A stretch of 64,000 nucleotides of DNA from Candidatus Marinacidobacterales bacterium (GCA_965219415.1 OZ244742.1:448001-512000); one strand, 5' to 3'; positions 1 through 10,752 are shown, counted from the stretch's first letter. Numbers and translations are program-made. Notes: generated by a model from the sequence alone, not told the origin.

Positions 1-180
1 CGTTTGCAGTGCGTTGCCCATCACGACGTGGCCGACATCCTCAGCCGGTACGTTCGAACGGTCGAGAGCGGCCCGCGTGGCGAACGCGCCGAGCTCGATG
101 GCGGTGAAGTCCTTGAGGGCACCGAGGTACTCGCCCATGCCGGTGCGAGCCCCGTTGACGATATAGATTTCGGTGGTCAA
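1..180 (-). CDS. Thiolase (acetyl-CoA C-acyltransferase), 5' part, runs off window
   Basis: Manual translation from TTG at 180: MTTEIYIVNGARTGMGEYLGALKDFTAIELGAFATRAALDRSNVPAEDVGHVVMGNALQ, a thiolase N-terminus; GGAG RBS upstream. Confidence 0.9.
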   Translation of the reverse strand, partial: MTTEIYIVNGARTGMGEYLGALKDFTAIELGAFATRAALDRSNVPAEDVGHVVMGNALQT

Positions 181-206
181 TTGCGTTCTCCAATTACTTA
201 GTGCGC

Positions 207-300
207 GTGGGGCCCCACCGCCGTCTGGCCACCTTGTTCGATGGCACAACGCCGCATCGGCTCAAGGCTGTGCTCGCGCCCAAAACCACGGCCGGGTTCC
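207..300. repeat. REP-like intergenic palindromic element
   Basis: Perfect palindrome GTGGGGCCCCAC (207-218) and GGCTCAAGGCTGT (259-271); similar motifs at 38780-38870. Confidence 0.45.
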
Positions 301-310
301 CTTGCGCACT

Positions 311-718
311 TCATCTCGTTGTCGCAATTCCTCCCGGCCGGGCGGCCCTACGGGCCGCTAACTGCCACCAATGGATGTGGAGCAATACGAGGGCGCTCGC
401 GATGCCCAAGGCGTCGACGGCAATATCCTGAAGGCTCGCTACGCGCCCCGGGACGAAACTTTGGTGCCACTCGTCACTCGAAGCATAGAATAACGCGAGC
501 ATAACGCCGAACCGTGCCGCTTTCCCCCCAGCGAGGTGTGCTAGGCCGCGCGCCAACGCGCGAATCGCCAGCAAGCCCATGACGAAATACCCGACGAAGT
601 GCCAGGTGTAATCGGGCGCGTACTGAAGCAACGCAGGTCGAGAAGCCGAGGAAACAAGAAAAACCAACAACATGTACGCCAGCAGAGGACCCCACCAGCG
701 CAAGAACGAAGAGATCAA
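311..718 (-). CDS. VanZ-family membrane protein
   Basis: HFVGY and YASSDEWHQSFVPGRVASLQDIAVDALG motifs. Confidence 0.85.
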   Translation of the reverse strand: MISSFLRWWGPLLAYMLLVFLVSSASRPALLQYAPDYTWHFVGYFVMGLLAIRALARGLAHLAGGKAARFGVMLALFYASSDEWHQSFVPGRVASLQDIAVDALGIASALVLLHIHWWQLAARRAARPGGIATTR

Positions 719-736
719 TAAGCGTGCCCCTGTCTT

Positions 737-934
737 TCAGGAGGGAAAGGGCAACATGAGCCAACCCAAAACGAAAGCCGAGGCAACGAAGCAGAAGAAC
801 ACGAAGACACCGAAACGTATCTGGTTCGAACGACCATCTCGCATCAACAGCGCGAATGCCCCCGAAACCAGGGCTGCGAAAACCGACAGAATCACGAAAT
901 GGCTAGTTATCATTCCTGGGGTCCAGGGTTCCAA
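737..934 (-). CDS. Small two-TM hypothetical membrane protein
   Basis: Two hydrophobic helices; packed between co-directional genes. Confidence 0.65.
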   Translation of the reverse strand: MEPWTPGMITSHFVILSVFAALVSGAFALLMRDGRSNQIRFGVFVFFCFVASAFVLGWLMLPFPS

Positions 935-944
935 GGCTTCCGAT

Positions 945-1343
945 CTAGGGCTTCCTCCCGGTAGCGATATCGTACGCGTCCAGCAGAATGAGCATGTTGA
1001 GAAGCCCAGCCACTATCAAAAACGTGTACCCGTATTCGTAGGTCACGGACTCTACCTGCCCTCCTCCCACGTCTAGCAATCGGGCGGAGAAGTACGGTAG
1101 TCCCACACCCATTTCCGCCAGACCGGCCAAGAGTGTCAGCGGACGGGTCTCATCCAAACGAAATAGCTCGCCGCCCAAGTGGAGACCGAGCGCGAACATG
1201 ACTGTGACGATGCTCATGAAGATGAACCCGTGCCACCATCGTCGCAACATCACGTGGCCTAACCCCGGAACAAGCCAACCGGCCACACAAGTTGCCATGG
1301 CCGGTGCGGCACTGGGTGTCGTTCTGGTGCTTGTCTCCTTCAT
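945..1343 (-). CDS. Membrane protein, DUF6677-like
   Basis: WLVPGLGH motif and YG.TFLIVAGLLN.L.LLDAYD C-terminus. Confidence 0.7.
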   Translation of the reverse strand: MKETSTRTTPSAAPAMATCVAGWLVPGLGHVMLRRWWHGFIFMSIVTVMFALGLHLGGELFRLDETRPLTLLAGLAEMGVGLPYFSARLLDVGGGQVESVTYEYGYTFLIVAGLLNMLILLDAYDIATGRKP

Positions 1344-1410
1344 GAGAGCAGCCTAATCGTATGGAATTACGCGAATCCCGTCAAGACAGGAGGAATAAGA
1401 TCGCTACCGT

Positions 1411-2028
1411 CTAGGTTCCAAAGAGTCGGTCGCCGAAGTCTCCGAGCCCGGGGAGAATGTACTTCCGTTCGTCGAGCTGCCGATCGATGGCCGCCGAGTA
1501 GATATCCACGTCGGGGCAGTGCTTCGTAAGGAGCGCGATGCCCTCGGGTGCCGCGACCACGCACAGAAGCCGGATCGACCGTGCCCCCTGTTCTTTGAGC
1601 GTCTCAATGGCCGCCAAAGCCGAGCCACCCGTGGCCAACATCGGGTCCAGAAGAAACACGTATCGATCAGGAAGATTCGGAAGCTTCAGGTAGTAGCGGC
1701 GTGCGACGGCCGTCTCTTCGTCACGCTCCAACCCCACGTAGCCGACCGAAGCTCCCGGGAACATCTCCAGCAACGCTTCCAGCATCCCCATTCCCGCCCG
1801 GAGCACCGGAACGAGGACAATGTCCGCATCCAATCGCCCGCTGCGCGTCGTCTCCAGGGGCGTCTCGACATCGACCTCTCGCAGCGGTAGGTCCCGCGAT
1901 GCTTCGAAGACGAGTAACCGGCTGAGCTTCCTGGTCAGTCGACGAAACTCTTCGTGCGCGGTGGAAGAATCCCGCAGACTCGTCAGCACATCTTCTATTA
2001 AGGGATGTTCGACTTTGACCACCGCCAT
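1411..2028 (-). CDS. upp: Uracil phosphoribosyltransferase
   Basis: PVLRAG, LDPMLATGGS, YILPGLGDFGDRLFGT; start moved to ATG 2028 behind GGAG. Confidence 0.97.
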   Translation of the reverse strand: MAVVKVEHPLIEDVLTSLRDSSTAHEEFRRLTRKLSRLLVFEASRDLPLREVDVETPLETTRSGRLDADIVLVPVLRAGMGMLEALLEMFPGASVGYVGLERDEETAVARRYYLKLPNLPDRYVFLLDPMLATGGSALAAIETLKEQGARSIRLLCVVAAPEGIALLTKHCPDVDIYSAAIDRQLDERKYILPGLGDFGDRLFGT

Positions 2029-2194
2029 ATTGCGTTCTCCGTTCGCCAAGCCGATGGTAGGATCACGCCGCGATGCTGTCAAACGATGGCGTAACTAGCC
2101 GACCGTGTTGACACTATCCGGCACACCGCGACATGATAGCGGCCGTGTCACACCAAGGCTCGTTGACACCCGCATTTCATTCCTGCAGCTCATC

Positions 2195-3514
2195 GTGAGA
2201 GCCGCCGACATCATTCGTCGCAAGCGACACGGGGCGGAGCTCGACCGGCAAGAGATCGCCTTTCTCATTTCCGGCTACACTAAAGGTGCAATCCCCGATT
2301 ACCAGATGGCGGCCTTCCTGATGGCGGTCACCTTGGTCGGGATGACCGAGCAAGAAACTCTCGCCCTTACCGAGGAAATGCTCCACAGTGGCTCGGTTCT
2401 CGATCTATCGGAGCTTCCCGGAGAGAAGATCGACAAACACAGCACCGGCGGTGTGGGCGATAAGACGTCGCTCATCATCGTTCCCTTGGCGGCGGCGGCC
2501 GGTGTGACGGTTCCCATGATCTCCGGTCGCGGTCTCGGTCATTCCGGGGGAACCCTCGACAAACTCGAATCTATCCCCGGCTTCAACGTAGGCCTGAGTC
2601 TCACTCGGTTTCGAGAAGTGCTAAGCGAAGCCGGTTGCGCGCTCATCGGCCAAACGCAAGAGATTGCCCCAGCCGACCGAAAGCTATACGCGCTTCGCGA
2701 CGTTACCGGGACGGTAGAGAGTGTCCCGTTGATCTTAGGCAGTATCCTGTCCAAGAAACTGGCGGAAGGCATTACCGGGCTCGTCTTGGATGTAAAGGTC
2801 GGTAGCGGAGCGTTCATGAAAGACATCGACTCAGCCACCGAGCTTGGGAGCCTGCTCGCATCGATCGCGCACCGTATGGGGAAACGTTCGGTGGCCGTGG
2901 TGAGTGACATGGACCAACCGCTTGGAACACATGTAGGAAACTCTCTCGAAGTGAAAGAATCGGTCGCGGTGCTTCGCGGCGAGGGCCCGGAGGATTTGCG
3001 GGAGCTTTGCTTGCTTCTCACCGCCTACATGCTAGTCTTCGGCCGAGTCACGAGCGATGTCGATGAAGGAAAGGCGAAGGCTGCCAGCCTGATCGCAACG
3101 GGCGCGGGCCTCGAAAAACTCGCCGAAATTGTGAGACTTCAAGACGGGGATGCAAGCGTTATCGACGATCCCGACAAGCTACCGAAGGCGGCGCACCGCA
3201 AAGAAGTTCGGAGTCCGAGGGCCGGATACGTGGGACGAATCGACACCGAATCGCTAGGAGTCGCAGCCATGTTGCTCGGAGCCGGACGAGAGACGGTGGA
3301 CGGTATCATCGATCCTGCGGTCGGACTCGTCGTCAATAGCAAGATCGGGGACCGCTTATCGGGAGGCGATACTCTGGTAACGATTTACTACAACGATGGC
3401 CGGCGTTTGGAAGAAGTCGAACGGTTGCTCGCCAGCGCCTATCACATCGAAGATGAGCCCCCGGCGCCCGTTCCTCTGGTGCACAAGATCTTGGATCCGA
3501 CGGAGGATATCTAG
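2195..3514 (+). CDS. pdp: Pyrimidine-nucleoside/thymidine phosphorylase
   Basis: DKHSTGGVGDK, SGRGLGHSGGTLDKLESIPGF; likely GTG start at 2195. Confidence 0.95.
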   Translation: MRAADIIRRKRHGAELDRQEIAFLISGYTKGAIPDYQMAAFLMAVTLVGMTEQETLALTEEMLHSGSVLDLSELPGEKIDKHSTGGVGDKTSLIIVPLAAAAGVTVPMISGRGLGHSGGTLDKLESIPGFNVGLSLTRFREVLSEAGCALIGQTQEIAPADRKLYALRDVTGTVESVPLILGSILSKKLAEGITGLVLDVKVGSGAFMKDIDSATELGSLLASIAHRMGKRSVAVVSDMDQPLGTHVGNSLEVKESVAVLRGEGPEDLRELCLLLTAYMLVFGRVTSDVDEGKAKAASLIATGAGLEKLAEIVRLQDGDASVIDDPDKLPKAAHRKEVRSPRAGYVGRIDTESLGVAAMLLGAGRETVDGIIDPAVGLVVNSKIGDRLSGGDTLVTIYYNDGRRLEEVERLLASAYHIEDEPPAPVPLVHKILDPTEDI

Positions 3515-3524
3515 AGGATATCTA
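3503..3524 (+). repeat. 11-bp tandem duplication spanning pdp end and nupC RBS
   Basis: GAGGATATCTA x2. Confidence 0.85.
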
Positions 3525-4727
3525 ATGGATCGTTTCATTGGAGTAGTGGGGCTGGTCGTGATCCTGGGTATCGCCTACGCCTTTTCCGTCGACCGTAAGA
3601 AAGCGAACCCGCGGCTGATCCTCTGGGGCCTCATCCTCCAGTTCGCCTTCGCCTTGGTGGTCCTGAAGTGGTCATTAGGCCAGCAAGCCTTGGCGGGTGT
3701 TAGTAACGTCGTCAAGCTGGGCCTGGAGAAGGCCGATGCCGGGGCAGCGTTCCTCTTTGGACCCCTCGCCGATCAGCAGACTCTGGGATTCATTTTCGCG
3801 TTCAAGGCCCTACCCACCATAATTTACATATCCTCATTTTTCAGCGTCCTTTATTATCTGGGCATCCTTCAGAAGCTCGTCCTGTTCATGGCCAAGATCA
3901 TGGTACGCACCATGGGCACGAGTGGCGCCGAATCGCTCTCGACGGCAGCCAATGTGTTCATGGGCCAAACCGAAGCACCGCTAGTGGTCATGCCTTATAT
4001 CGCCAGCATGACGTACTCCGAGCTCTGCACTCTGATGGTAGGAGGTATGGCCACCATCTCTGGAGGGATGATGGCCGCCTACATATCGATGGGGATCGAA
4101 CCCCAGTTCCTACTGGCGGCGAGCGTCATGAATGCCCCGGCCGCCATCGTCATGGCCAAGATTCTGGTTCCGGAGACCGGCACACCCCTCACCAAGGGTG
4201 CAGTGAAGCTCAAGGTGGAACGGACGGAGGTGAACATAATTGATGCCGCGGCGCGTGGCGCGGGGGCCGGACTCAACCTAGCGCTGAACGTGGGAGCGAT
4301 GCTGATCGCGTTCCTCTCGCTCGTCGCGCTCGTTAACTGGCCACTCCAGTACTTCGGTCTCTCTCTGGAGCAAATCTTCGCCTGGATCTTCGCGCCTCTG
4401 GCCTACGTTATGGGAGTGCCCTGGCCGGATGCCAACGAGGTCGGTAGCTTATTCGGAAAGAAGCTCATAGTGAACGAGTTCGTCGCTTATGCCGATCTGG
4501 TCCAAATGAAGGCTGCCAACGTCTTGGCGCCGCGCTCCGAGCTCATCGCAACTTACGCGCTTTGCGGCTTTGCCAATCTCGGCTCCATAGGCATCCAGCT
4601 CGGGGGCATCGGCGGAATCGCGCCGACGCGAAAGTCAGACCTGGCGAAGCTCGGTCTTCGTGTGTTGTTGGGTGGTTCCCTGGCGACCTTTATGACCGCA
4701 ACAATAGCCGGTCTACTGAATCCATAG
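3525..4727 (+). CDS. nupC: CNT-family nucleoside transporter
   Basis: GQTEAPL, GGMATISG, NEFVAY, YALCGFANLGSIGIQLGG. Confidence 0.95.
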   Translation: MDRFIGVVGLVVILGIAYAFSVDRKKANPRLILWGLILQFAFALVVLKWSLGQQALAGVSNVVKLGLEKADAGAAFLFGPLADQQTLGFIFAFKALPTIIYISSFFSVLYYLGILQKLVLFMAKIMVRTMGTSGAESLSTAANVFMGQTEAPLVVMPYIASMTYSELCTLMVGGMATISGGMMAAYISMGIEPQFLLAASVMNAPAAIVMAKILVPETGTPLTKGAVKLKVERTEVNIIDAAARGAGAGLNLALNVGAMLIAFLSLVALVNWPLQYFGLSLEQIFAWIFAPLAYVMGVPWPDANEVGSLFGKKLIVNEFVAYADLVQMKAANVLAPRSELIATYALCGFANLGSIGIQLGGIGGIAPTRKSDLAKLGLRVLLGGSLATFMTATIAGLLNP

Positions 4728-4734
4728 TCAACGC

Positions 4735-5568
4735 ATGGGAAAGCTCGCGGAACAAGTAAGGGATGCCGCTTCGTTTCTCGCCACCAAGTCTCGGCTCCGA
4801 CCCACGGTCGCCTTGGTCTTGGGCTCGGGGCTCGGCGCCTTCGCGAAGGAGCTCAAAGAAGCGGACACCATTCCTTATCAGGACATCCCCCACTTTCCCT
4901 ATTCGACCGTCGAGGGGCATGCCGGCCACCTATTACTCGGACGCTACGCCGACGTGCCGCTGGCGGTCATGGTCGGACGGGTTCATGCATACGAGGGATA
5001 CACGGCACAAGAAGTTGCGTTTCCCTCTCGGGTGCTCACCTCTTTCGGCGTCAAGACGCTGGTCGTCACCAACGCCGCCGGAGCCATCAATACAGCCTTC
5101 AAGCCGGGCGAACTGATGATCATCTCCGATCAATTGAATCTCACCGGACTCAACCCCATGCGCGGGCCGGAGGAGAAAGAACTCGGTCCACGCTTCATCG
5201 ATCTCACTGAGGCCTATCACGTCAAGCTGCGGTCAATGTGCGAAGCGGCGGGACGTGCGATCGGGCTGAACCTGCGGCAAGGTGTCTACGCCGGACTTCT
5301 CGGCCCGAGCTACGAAACGCCGGCCGAGATCCGAATGCTCAGGGCCGTGGGAGCCGACGCCGTCGGCATGTCCACAGTGCTCGAAGTGATCGCCGCCAAC
5401 CAAATGGAAACGAAAGTGCTAGGGATATCCTGCATGACCAATATGGCGGCGGGCATCTTGCCTCAAAAGCTGGTGCACAGCGAGGTCATGGAGACCGGCG
5501 AGCGGGTCCGAGGAATATTCACCGAGCTCCTCCAAGAACTAATTCCTCGACTCGTCAAGCTCGACTGA
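4735..5568 (+). CDS. punA: Purine-nucleoside phosphorylase (trimeric PNP I type)
   Basis: LGSGLG, GRVHAYEG, GPSYETPAEIR, GADAVGMSTV. Confidence 0.93.
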   Translation: MGKLAEQVRDAASFLATKSRLRPTVALVLGSGLGAFAKELKEADTIPYQDIPHFPYSTVEGHAGHLLLGRYADVPLAVMVGRVHAYEGYTAQEVAFPSRVLTSFGVKTLVVTNAAGAINTAFKPGELMIISDQLNLTGLNPMRGPEEKELGPRFIDLTEAYHVKLRSMCEAAGRAIGLNLRQGVYAGLLGPSYETPAEIRMLRAVGADAVGMSTVLEVIAANQMETKVLGISCMTNMAAGILPQKLVHSEVMETGERVRGIFTELLQELIPRLVKLD

Positions 5569-5591
5569 ACCACAACTATGGAGGAACGACG

Positions 5592-5990
5592 ATGGCCAGC
5601 GATCCCGCGCAGACTCTCATAAGGACGGCTCGAAAGGCCCGCTCACGAGCCCGAGCCCAATACTCGGGGTTCAAAGTTGGTGCGGCGCTACGGACGAACG
5701 GACGGAAGATCTATTCTGGCTGCAACATCGAGAACGCCTCTTACGGCCTGACCGTCTGCGCCGAACGGGTCGTGCTCTTGAACGCACTTTCAGACGGGGC
5801 AAGAAAGTTCCGGTCCCTCGCCGTTGTTACCGGAGCGGACAAGGTGACGCCACCCTGTGGTGCCTGCCGGCAACTCTTGTGGGAGTACTGCGGGGATATC
5901 GTCGTCCACCTTGCCAACCTCAAGGGGAAAACGAGGACCTTCCGACTGACGGAGTTGCTGCCCCACGCCTTCGATAAACGACATCTTTAA
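5592..5990 (+). CDS. cdd: Cytidine deaminase (tetrameric type)
   Basis: YSGFKVGAAL, NIENASY, CAER, PCGACRQ; ATG 5592 with GGAGG. Confidence 0.95.
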   Translation: MASDPAQTLIRTARKARSRARAQYSGFKVGAALRTNGRKIYSGCNIENASYGLTVCAERVVLLNALSDGARKFRSLAVVTGADKVTPPCGACRQLLWEYCGDIVVHLANLKGKTRTFRLTELLPHAFDKRHL

Positions 5991-5999
5991 GTGCTAGAA

Positions 6000-6089
6000 C
6001 CGCGGGGCCCCCAGCCTCCGCCAAAGGCTTCGGCTGGTCCAGCCGAAGCCAATTGGAGCATGAACTGACGGAGGCGGACACCCCCGCGG
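6000..6089. repeat. Nested inverted-repeat (REP-like) element between convergent cdd and hpt
   Basis: CCGCGGGG/CCCCGCGG outer arms, GCCTCCG/CGGAGGC middle arms, GGCTTCGGCTGG-T-CCAGCCGAAGCC inner hairpin. Confidence 0.7.
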
Positions 6090-6133
6090 CTATGTGAGGG
6101 AGGCTACACTATTTTTGGCGACAAGCAGGTGTC

Positions 6134-6649
6134 TTAAGAATCGACGACAGCGATGTACGGAAGATTTCTGTACTTTTGATCGACGTCGAGGCCATACCCC
6201 ACCACGAAGCGGTCCGGGATCTCGAACCCTACGTAATCAACCGGAACCTCAACTTTTCGCCGGGAAGGTTTGGAGAGCAGGGCGACGATCTTCAGCGATT
6301 TGGGTCCCCGTCTCTGGAGCATGTTGTAAAGGTAGCGGAGTGTCAGCCCGGTATCGGCGATATCTTCTACGATGATGACGTCCAACCCTTCCAGGCCGCT
6401 ATCGAGATCCTTGGTGAGCCGCACTTCCCCACTGGTGCTCGTGCCCTCGTTGTAGCTCGAGACGGCGAGAAAATCGAGGGTCACCGTAACGTCAATCGCC
6501 CTGGCGAGATCCGCCATGAAGGTATAGGCGCCTTTCAGCACACACACCAGGTGCACCGTCTTCCCCTCGTAATCGCGAGTGATCTCTTTTCCCAGCTCTT
6601 TGACCCGGTCGGCAATCTTCTCTTCCGGAATAAGAACCTCGAGGCCCAT
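6134..6649 (-). CDS. hpt: Hypoxanthine phosphoribosyltransferase 1
   Basis: VLKGA, VEDIADTGLTL, FVVGYGLD, YRNLPYI. Confidence 0.95.
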   Translation of the reverse strand: MGLEVLIPEEKIADRVKELGKEITRDYEGKTVHLVCVLKGAYTFMADLARAIDVTVTLDFLAVSSYNEGTSTSGEVRLTKDLDSGLEGLDVIIVEDIADTGLTLRYLYNMLQRRGPKSLKIVALLSKPSRRKVEVPVDYVGFEIPDRFVVGYGLDVDQKYRNLPYIAVVDS

Positions 6650-6657
6650 GAGACCCT

Positions 6658-7566
6658 CTACCCTCGCTTCCTCGACGACAGATCGAACTCGACAGTAATG
6701 ATGCCTAACGCATCCACCGGTCTGCCTTCCTTGAGGGCCGGCTTGAAGCGCCACTGTCGGGCCGCGTCGATCGCCGCATCTACGCAACCGTAGGGCAAAG
6801 ATTTTAAAACGCGCAGGACTTCCGTCGAGCCATCCTTATGTACCAGGATCTCCAAGATAACCTCGCCGCGGATCAGCTTCTCGCTCGCCTGGCGCGGGTA
6901 CTCCGGCTTGAGCTTGTAGATCACCGTGGGTTCGATGTCCCACCCCCCGGGGCTATACTTGCCGCCGCCGAAGCCACCCCCTTCTCCCGGGCCGACTCCC
7001 CAACCCGTTCCTTCACCTTGCCCGGTGCCCTTGCCACCGCCGATACCGCCTCCGTCGCCAGCGCTCGGCTCCGGGTCCAGGCCGCCGTAATCCGTCCAGT
7101 CCGTCAGGGAAAGTCCCGGGACGTCCTCGGCATCGGGTGAGAAAACCTGATCGAAGAACGCCGCGGTCTCGGTCGGTAGGTCGGGCACGATCAGACTGTC
7201 GAAGCGAATAGACGGAATGCGACGTGGGGCTATCGGGGCTCGCCGTGGCTCGGGTTCCTTCTCAAGCTCGGGCTTCCGCTGAGTCCGAATGAAGGCGGTT
7301 GGTTTACGTCCGCCCGATCCGCCACCTCCGCCTCCCCCACCGTCACCTGCTCCATCGTAAAACCGAACGCGGACGACACTAGCGACCGGCTCGTCGCTTA
7401 TTAGCTCGAGGAGAAAGGGAACCGCAAAGCCAAGAACAACAAGGACATGGATGAGCAAGGAGAACAACAGCGAGCGTTGGCTACGCCGCCACTCCCAACC
7501 AGGAGCCCGATACTCGAGGCGCAGGAAGTCCTCGGCATTTCGAGGAGAAGAGAGCTCGTCCGCCAT
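6658..7566 (-). CDS. tonB: Energy transducer TonB
   Basis: N-terminal TM with SLLIH, Gly/Pro-rich linker, TonB_C (PEYP..A, WRFKPA). Confidence 0.88.
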   Translation of the reverse strand: MADELSSPRNAEDFLRLEYRAPGWEWRRSQRSLLFSLLIHVLVVLGFAVPFLLELISDEPVASVVRVRFYDGAGDGGGGGGGGSGGRKPTAFIRTQRKPELEKEPEPRRAPIAPRRIPSIRFDSLIVPDLPTETAAFFDQVFSPDAEDVPGLSLTDWTDYGGLDPEPSAGDGGGIGGGKGTGQGEGTGWGVGPGEGGGFGGGKYSPGGWDIEPTVIYKLKPEYPRQASEKLIRGEVILEILVHKDGSTEVLRVLKSLPYGCVDAAIDAARQWRFKPALKEGRPVDALGIITVEFDLSSRKRG

Positions 7567-7640
7567 AACTAACTCAATGTTAGCACGTTCGCGTACGACA
7601 CCCGGGGACTGCCAGAGGACTTGGCGGCGTGCTTTTGGAG

Positions 7641-9284
7641 TTACAGGGCCCCGACTCCCTCCAATACGGTCAAACGAGATCGGCTCGCTGCAGCCCCAAG
7701 ATCCAGCACTTCCCCAGTAGGCCAACGAATTTGCACGTTCTCCGCGCCCGCCGCTTCACCGAGACCGAAGATCAGCTCCAAACCACCCTGGGAGAGGAAA
7801 CTTACTCCGGCCTTGACCTCCTTGATAAGCGTCCGACCGCCGGCCCGAACCGTCACCCGAGCGCCTACCGCCGATCGGTTCGATTCTCGGCCAACCAGTT
7901 GCAGAGCGAGCCACGCATTGCGGTTCCCGCCATCATTTCGGAGAAGTTGAGGCGCATCTCCGGAGACGTTGACCAAGATATCCTCGTCTCCGTCCTGGTC
8001 GTAGTCCGCGGCCGACGTCCCTCGCACCACATTCTCCACGGCGAGCGCCTCGCCCAACCGAAGACCGATTTCCTCGAAGACGCCGTCACCCTGGTTACGA
8101 AACATGAAGTTTCGCTCCCGGTAGGTGGAGACGCTATTGAAGAGGTGGATGTTATCGATGATGTGCCCGTTGCCCACGAAAAGATCAATGTAACCGTCGT
8201 TGTCGTAGTCGGTAAAAAAGGCGCCGAAGCCCACGAAATTGAGGGAGGGCTCGGCGACACCGCTGTTGTAGGACACGTCGGTGAAAACACCGTTGGGACC
8301 CCCTCGGTACAAAGCGTTGTACTCGAAGTCCAGGTGGACTGAGATCACATCTAGCCAACCATCACCATCGTAATCGGCGAAATCGGTGCCCATTCCCGCC
8401 TGCGTCTGCCCATCTTCGCTATATCCCACGCCCGCGAGAAGCGTCACGTCCTCGAAATTTCCCGTACCGTCGTTCTGAAAGAGAAAGTTTCGCATGGAGT
8501 CGTTGGCGACGTAGATATCCGCGTCCCCGTCGTTGTCATAATCACCCCAAACGACTCCCAGGCTCTTGCCGTCATCGTCCACGTAGACCCCCGCCTCCGT
8601 GGTGACGTCGGTGAAGGTTCCATCACCGTCGTTGCGAAACAGGATGCTGGGCTCCACGTTATAAACGTCCGGATGGCAATACGCCTTGAGATCCTTGGCT
8701 AGGTTGCCGCAGAACTTGTGGTTGTCCATTCGGAAATCCACGTATCGGCACAAGTAGAGGTCGACGAACCCATCCCCGTCCATGTCGCCGAAGGCCGCGC
8801 TGGTGCTCCAGCCTCCCGCCGCGACACCGACCTCGTCGGTGACGTCCGAGAAGGTGCCATCGCCGTTGTTACGGAAGAGGACGTTGCGACCGAAGTTGGT
8901 GACATAGAGGTCGACGTCACCATCGTTGTCGATGTCCGCGGCGGCCATCCCCATGCCCCAACCCACATGGTCGACCCCGGCGGCGGCGGAGACCTCGGTA
9001 AACTTCCCTTCTCCGTCGTTACGATAGAGAGCGTTCTTGGGGGGCTCGCTGGTCTCCGCCGAACCGGGCAACGGGGAACCATTGATCAGATAGATATCGA
9101 CGTCGCCGTCTCCGTCATAGTCCAAGAAACCGCCGCCCGAGCCGATGGACTCGACCATGTATTTTTCGTCGGTGGCCGCATTGTAGTGAACGAAGTCGAT
9201 CCCGCTCTGTTTAGCCACATCGACGAAGAAATCTCCATCGGCAGCAGCCCAGACCAGAAACCACAACCCTACCGCTAACCTCAT
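7641..9284 (-). CDS. CRTAC1-family FG-GAP repeat protein with ASPIC/UnbV domain
   Basis: Signal peptide, repeated DYDxDGDxD motifs, C-terminal SNRSAVGARV, FGLG, IRWP. Confidence 0.92.
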   Translation of the reverse strand: MRLAVGLWFLVWAAADGDFFVDVAKQSGIDFVHYNAATDEKYMVESIGSGGGFLDYDGDGDVDIYLINGSPLPGSAETSEPPKNALYRNDGEGKFTEVSAAAGVDHVGWGMGMAAADIDNDGDVDLYVTNFGRNVLFRNNGDGTFSDVTDEVGVAAGGWSTSAAFGDMDGDGFVDLYLCRYVDFRMDNHKFCGNLAKDLKAYCHPDVYNVEPSILFRNDGDGTFTDVTTEAGVYVDDDGKSLGVVWGDYDNDGDADIYVANDSMRNFLFQNDGTGNFEDVTLLAGVGYSEDGQTQAGMGTDFADYDGDGWLDVISVHLDFEYNALYRGGPNGVFTDVSYNSGVAEPSLNFVGFGAFFTDYDNDGYIDLFVGNGHIIDNIHLFNSVSTYRERNFMFRNQGDGVFEEIGLRLGEALAVENVVRGTSAADYDQDGDEDILVNVSGDAPQLLRNDGGNRNAWLALQLVGRESNRSAVGARVTVRAGGRTLIKEVKAGVSFLSQGGLELIFGLGEAAGAENVQIRWPTGEVLDLGAAASRSRLTVLEGVGAL

Positions 9285-10712
9285 GGGTTCGCGTCACCAG
9301 CCTTGCTGAACTCTCGATAGCGCGCCATCGCCCGTTCTTCCTCCGCCAGTTTACCAAGAGCATGATATGCAGAAGCTAGGTTGAGTTGAATAGTCGGATT
9401 CGATGGCTCGAAAGCCGCTGCCCTCAAGTAGCAATCGACCGCCTCCGACGGACGGCCCGAGTCTGCGAGTATTGAGCCCAAAAGGATCCATCCGTCCGGA
9501 AACCCCGGCATCAATTCCACGGCGCGGCGCGTGGCAAGTTCCGCGGCAGCGAGACTACCCGACCGCGTTTCGACGAGGCCCAACAAGTAGTGGAACTCGC
9601 CTACCGAGTCGTCGTACTGAAGCGCCTCCCCGATCCATCGCTTGGCCTCCGGTAGCCGACCCTTCGAAAACGCGATCTTCGCGAGCACCGAGTGCGTGTT
9701 CGCGTCTTGAGGATCCAACTCGAGGACCGCCTTAAATGCGGCCTCGGCCTCATTCATCTGGCCCTGCTCCAGCAGCTCGCGCCCCCTCTTGTAGGTGACC
9801 TTGATCTGGGCGTCGCGATGATCCCGCTGCTCCGTCTCCTCGTTCAGCCTCTGAAACTGCCGCCCCGCCTCCGCGGCCTCATCTTCTCTGCCTAGTTGTT
9901 GGTACAAAGTTGCCAAGAGATAGAAGAGGTTGGCGGAGTCGGGGTGATCTTTCGCGGCACGGGTTAGAAGCCCCAACGCTTCTTCTGTCTTTCCTTGCCG
10001 GGTCAACATTCTCCCGAGCAATACTTGGGTCTCGAGGTGTTGGGGGATCGACCTCTAGAGCTCGGCGCAGATAGGCTTCCGCTTCGGCGTAGTTGTCCCG
10101 CTCTCGGCTCAAGTCTTTACCGATCCGATAGAGAAGCTGCGGTGAGGGCTCTATCTCTAGTCCGTCCTTCCAGACCTCGAGCGCCTCGGTGTGGCGGCCG
10201 GCGCCGGCGAGATGGTCTCCAAGCAGGACTCGTGTCTTTACGTCGTCGGGACGGTGCTCGAGATAGCGCGCGAGCGTCACCAGCGCGGCTTCCGGCTTTT
10301 GCTCGGCTTCGTAGACGGCGGCCAATACGAGCAGCGCCTCTGGAATCGGCTCGGGTGGAGCCGCCGCCAACTCCAGGGCCCGGGCCGCCTCCGCCTTTTG
10401 TCCCGCGCGATAGAGGCTTTCGCCCAGTGTGAATTGCAGGGGCCGTTCCTCGGGGGCAAGCTCCACCGCACGTCGATAGGAGACGATGGCCTCGGAAAGG
10501 AGCCCGCTGCTCTGGAGCAAGCGGCCAATGTTGTAATGCACGTAGGGATTATTGGGGGAAACCACTGCTGCGGCACGAAACGTCTCGAGTACCTCGATCT
10601 CTTTCCCTTGGTCGGAAAGCCCTTCCGCCCTGCGGAAAAGCTCCTCGAACTCCTCCTGCCCGATGGCAGGGGTGCGGACCGCGAGTAGGAGCAGAAGGAA
10701 GGCCGTCCTCAT
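9281..10712 (-). pseudogene. Secreted TPR-repeat protein, one frameshift (real or sequencing error)
   Basis: TPR repeats in ORFs 9879-10724 and 9281-10021; removing one base from the G5 run at 10042-10046 joins them (DPQHLETQVLLGRM). Confidence 0.8.
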
Positions 10713-10752
10713 CGTCGCGTGCATTCTACGGTGCGGGAGTCGAAAGAAAAAA

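Noticed and set aside
311-718. vanZ as a glycopeptide-resistance locus
   Set aside because: VanZ-like proteins are widespread and no van cluster genes are adjacent
7641-9284. DNA-level repeats in the FG-GAP genes and the Gly-rich tonB linker
   Set aside because: Explained by protein repeats and low-complexity coding
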